Of a DNA stretch of 50,578 nucleotides, positions 49,629 through 50,578 are shown in pieces. The notes beneath the pieces were generated by a model. It was not told the DNA's origin. It saw only the letters and a list, made by a program, of their open reading frames with translations, and ran no database searches. The position numbers and the translations under genes were made by a program. The number at the start of each line of letters is the position of its first letter. Position 1 is the stretch's first letter. The stretch is from an uncultured Clostridium sp. (lineage in GTDB: Bacteria; Bacillota_I; Bacilli_A; RF39; UBA660), in contig CAZTEJ010000003.1 in assembly GCA_964612605.1 (NCBI GenBank), positions 1 to 50,578 of the forward strand. The letters run 5' to 3'.

Positions 49629-50578
49629 TTAATTTCGTTTTAATATAGAGATAATATTTTTAAAATAATATACGAAACAATCAAAAATATTAAATCTCAT
49701 TAAATTAAGAGTTTTCATAACTCTTTTTTCTTGAATTAAATTATTATGAGTATAAACATCAAGTGTAGTACTTACTTTACTATGTCCAAGTCTATCTTTG
49801 ATAACATGTATATCAATACCATTTTGAAATAATAAAGTAGCATGACTATGTCTAAACTGATGTAAAGTAATAGGTCTAATATCAGCCTTTTCACATGCTT
49901 TTAATTTATACCTATTAATTGTTGTAGGAGCAAGAGGTTTAATGCCACCAAAAATATAATAATCAAATGTTTCATTACCATACTTACTAATATAAAAATC
50001 TCGCAAAAAATATAAATCATTAAGAAGTTTCTTATCAATTTTAACAAATCTATTACTAGATAAAGTTTTTGGAGTACCAACTTCACGATCATGATGTGAA
50101 TCAATCGTTTTATTAATATAAACAGAATCATTTTTTATATCACTAAATTTTAAAGCCATACACTCACCAGGACGTGTACCAACATAAAACATAAAATTAA
50201 AAAACTGCTTATAAATTACATTATCAACACATTTAATAAATCTATTAAATTCCTTTAGTGTATAAAAATCAATTTTCTTTTCCTCAACTTTTAACTTAAA
50301 GACTGGTAGATCATCAATAAAAGAACAATTAAAGTCAAAATGTAAAGAACAATACTTAAAAAACTGTTTTATCATTGCATAAAGATTTTTATTATGACTG
50401 TTAGAAAAACATTTATTATATATAAAATCTTCCCAACTTAATAAATCAGAATAAGAAATATCTAATAACTTAAAGCCTTTAAAATAAGATAAAATATTAG
50501 CATTAAAATTATATACGAAACAATCAAAACTTTGTTTTTTATGCCGTTTTTGAGCATATATTTTATATTCTTCGTACG
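49629..50578 (-). CDS. Tyrosine recombinase/phage integrase, 5' end outside window
   Basis: GTRPGECMAL, HQFRHSHAT, RLGHS...TLDVYTH. Frame is open to the window edge; gene converges on tRNA-Gly. Confidence 0.93.
   Translation of the reverse strand, partial: YEEYKIYAQKRHKKQSFDCFVYNFNANILSYFKGFKLLDISYSDLLSWEDFIYNKCFSNSHNKNLYAMIKQFFKYCSLHFDFNCSFIDDLPVFKLKVEEKKIDFYTLKEFNRFIKCVDNVIYKQFFNFMFYVGTRPGECMALKFSDIKNDSVYINKTIDSHHDREVGTPKTLSSNRFVKIDKKLLNDLYFLRDFYISKYGNETFDYYIFGGIKPLAPTTINRYKLKACEKADIRPITLHQFRHSHATLLFQNGIDIHVIKDRLGHSKVSTTLDVYTHNNLIQEKRVMKTLNLMRFNIFDCFVYYFKNIISILKRN

Overview
Low-GC chromosomal window from a sporulation-gene-bearing Firmicute (spo0A, cwlJ, cotJB/cotJC; a reduced Bacilli lineage such as RF39 is my inference). 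The + strand is strongly A/C-skewed. It is mostly housekeeping, cell-envelope and sporulation genes, plus three tRNAs (Trp-CCA, Ala-TGC, Gly-GCC). The main accessory system is a complete chromosomal diversity-generating retroelement (DGR) at about 29.0-33.1 kb on the - strand. Its order is unusual: target(VR) - GC hairpin - MutS-I-like ORF - TR - MutS-I-like ORF - avd - RT. TR (30979-31076) and VR (31535-31632) align over 98 bp with 18 mismatches, all at TR adenines. The target has a SipW-type signal peptide, a consensus promoter with a G7 tract in its spacer, and a stand-alone paralog of its N-domain 4 kb away. Other items: a cas-less type II CRISPR remnant (one repeat, one 30-bp spacer, tracrRNA-like element), an island edge interrupting an ABC ATPase at the left end, a tRNA-Gly-adjacent integrase at the right end, a short Rel with a substituted synthetase glutamate, and a His-less kinase-like gene beside spo0A. 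All calls come from manual reading; no searches were run.
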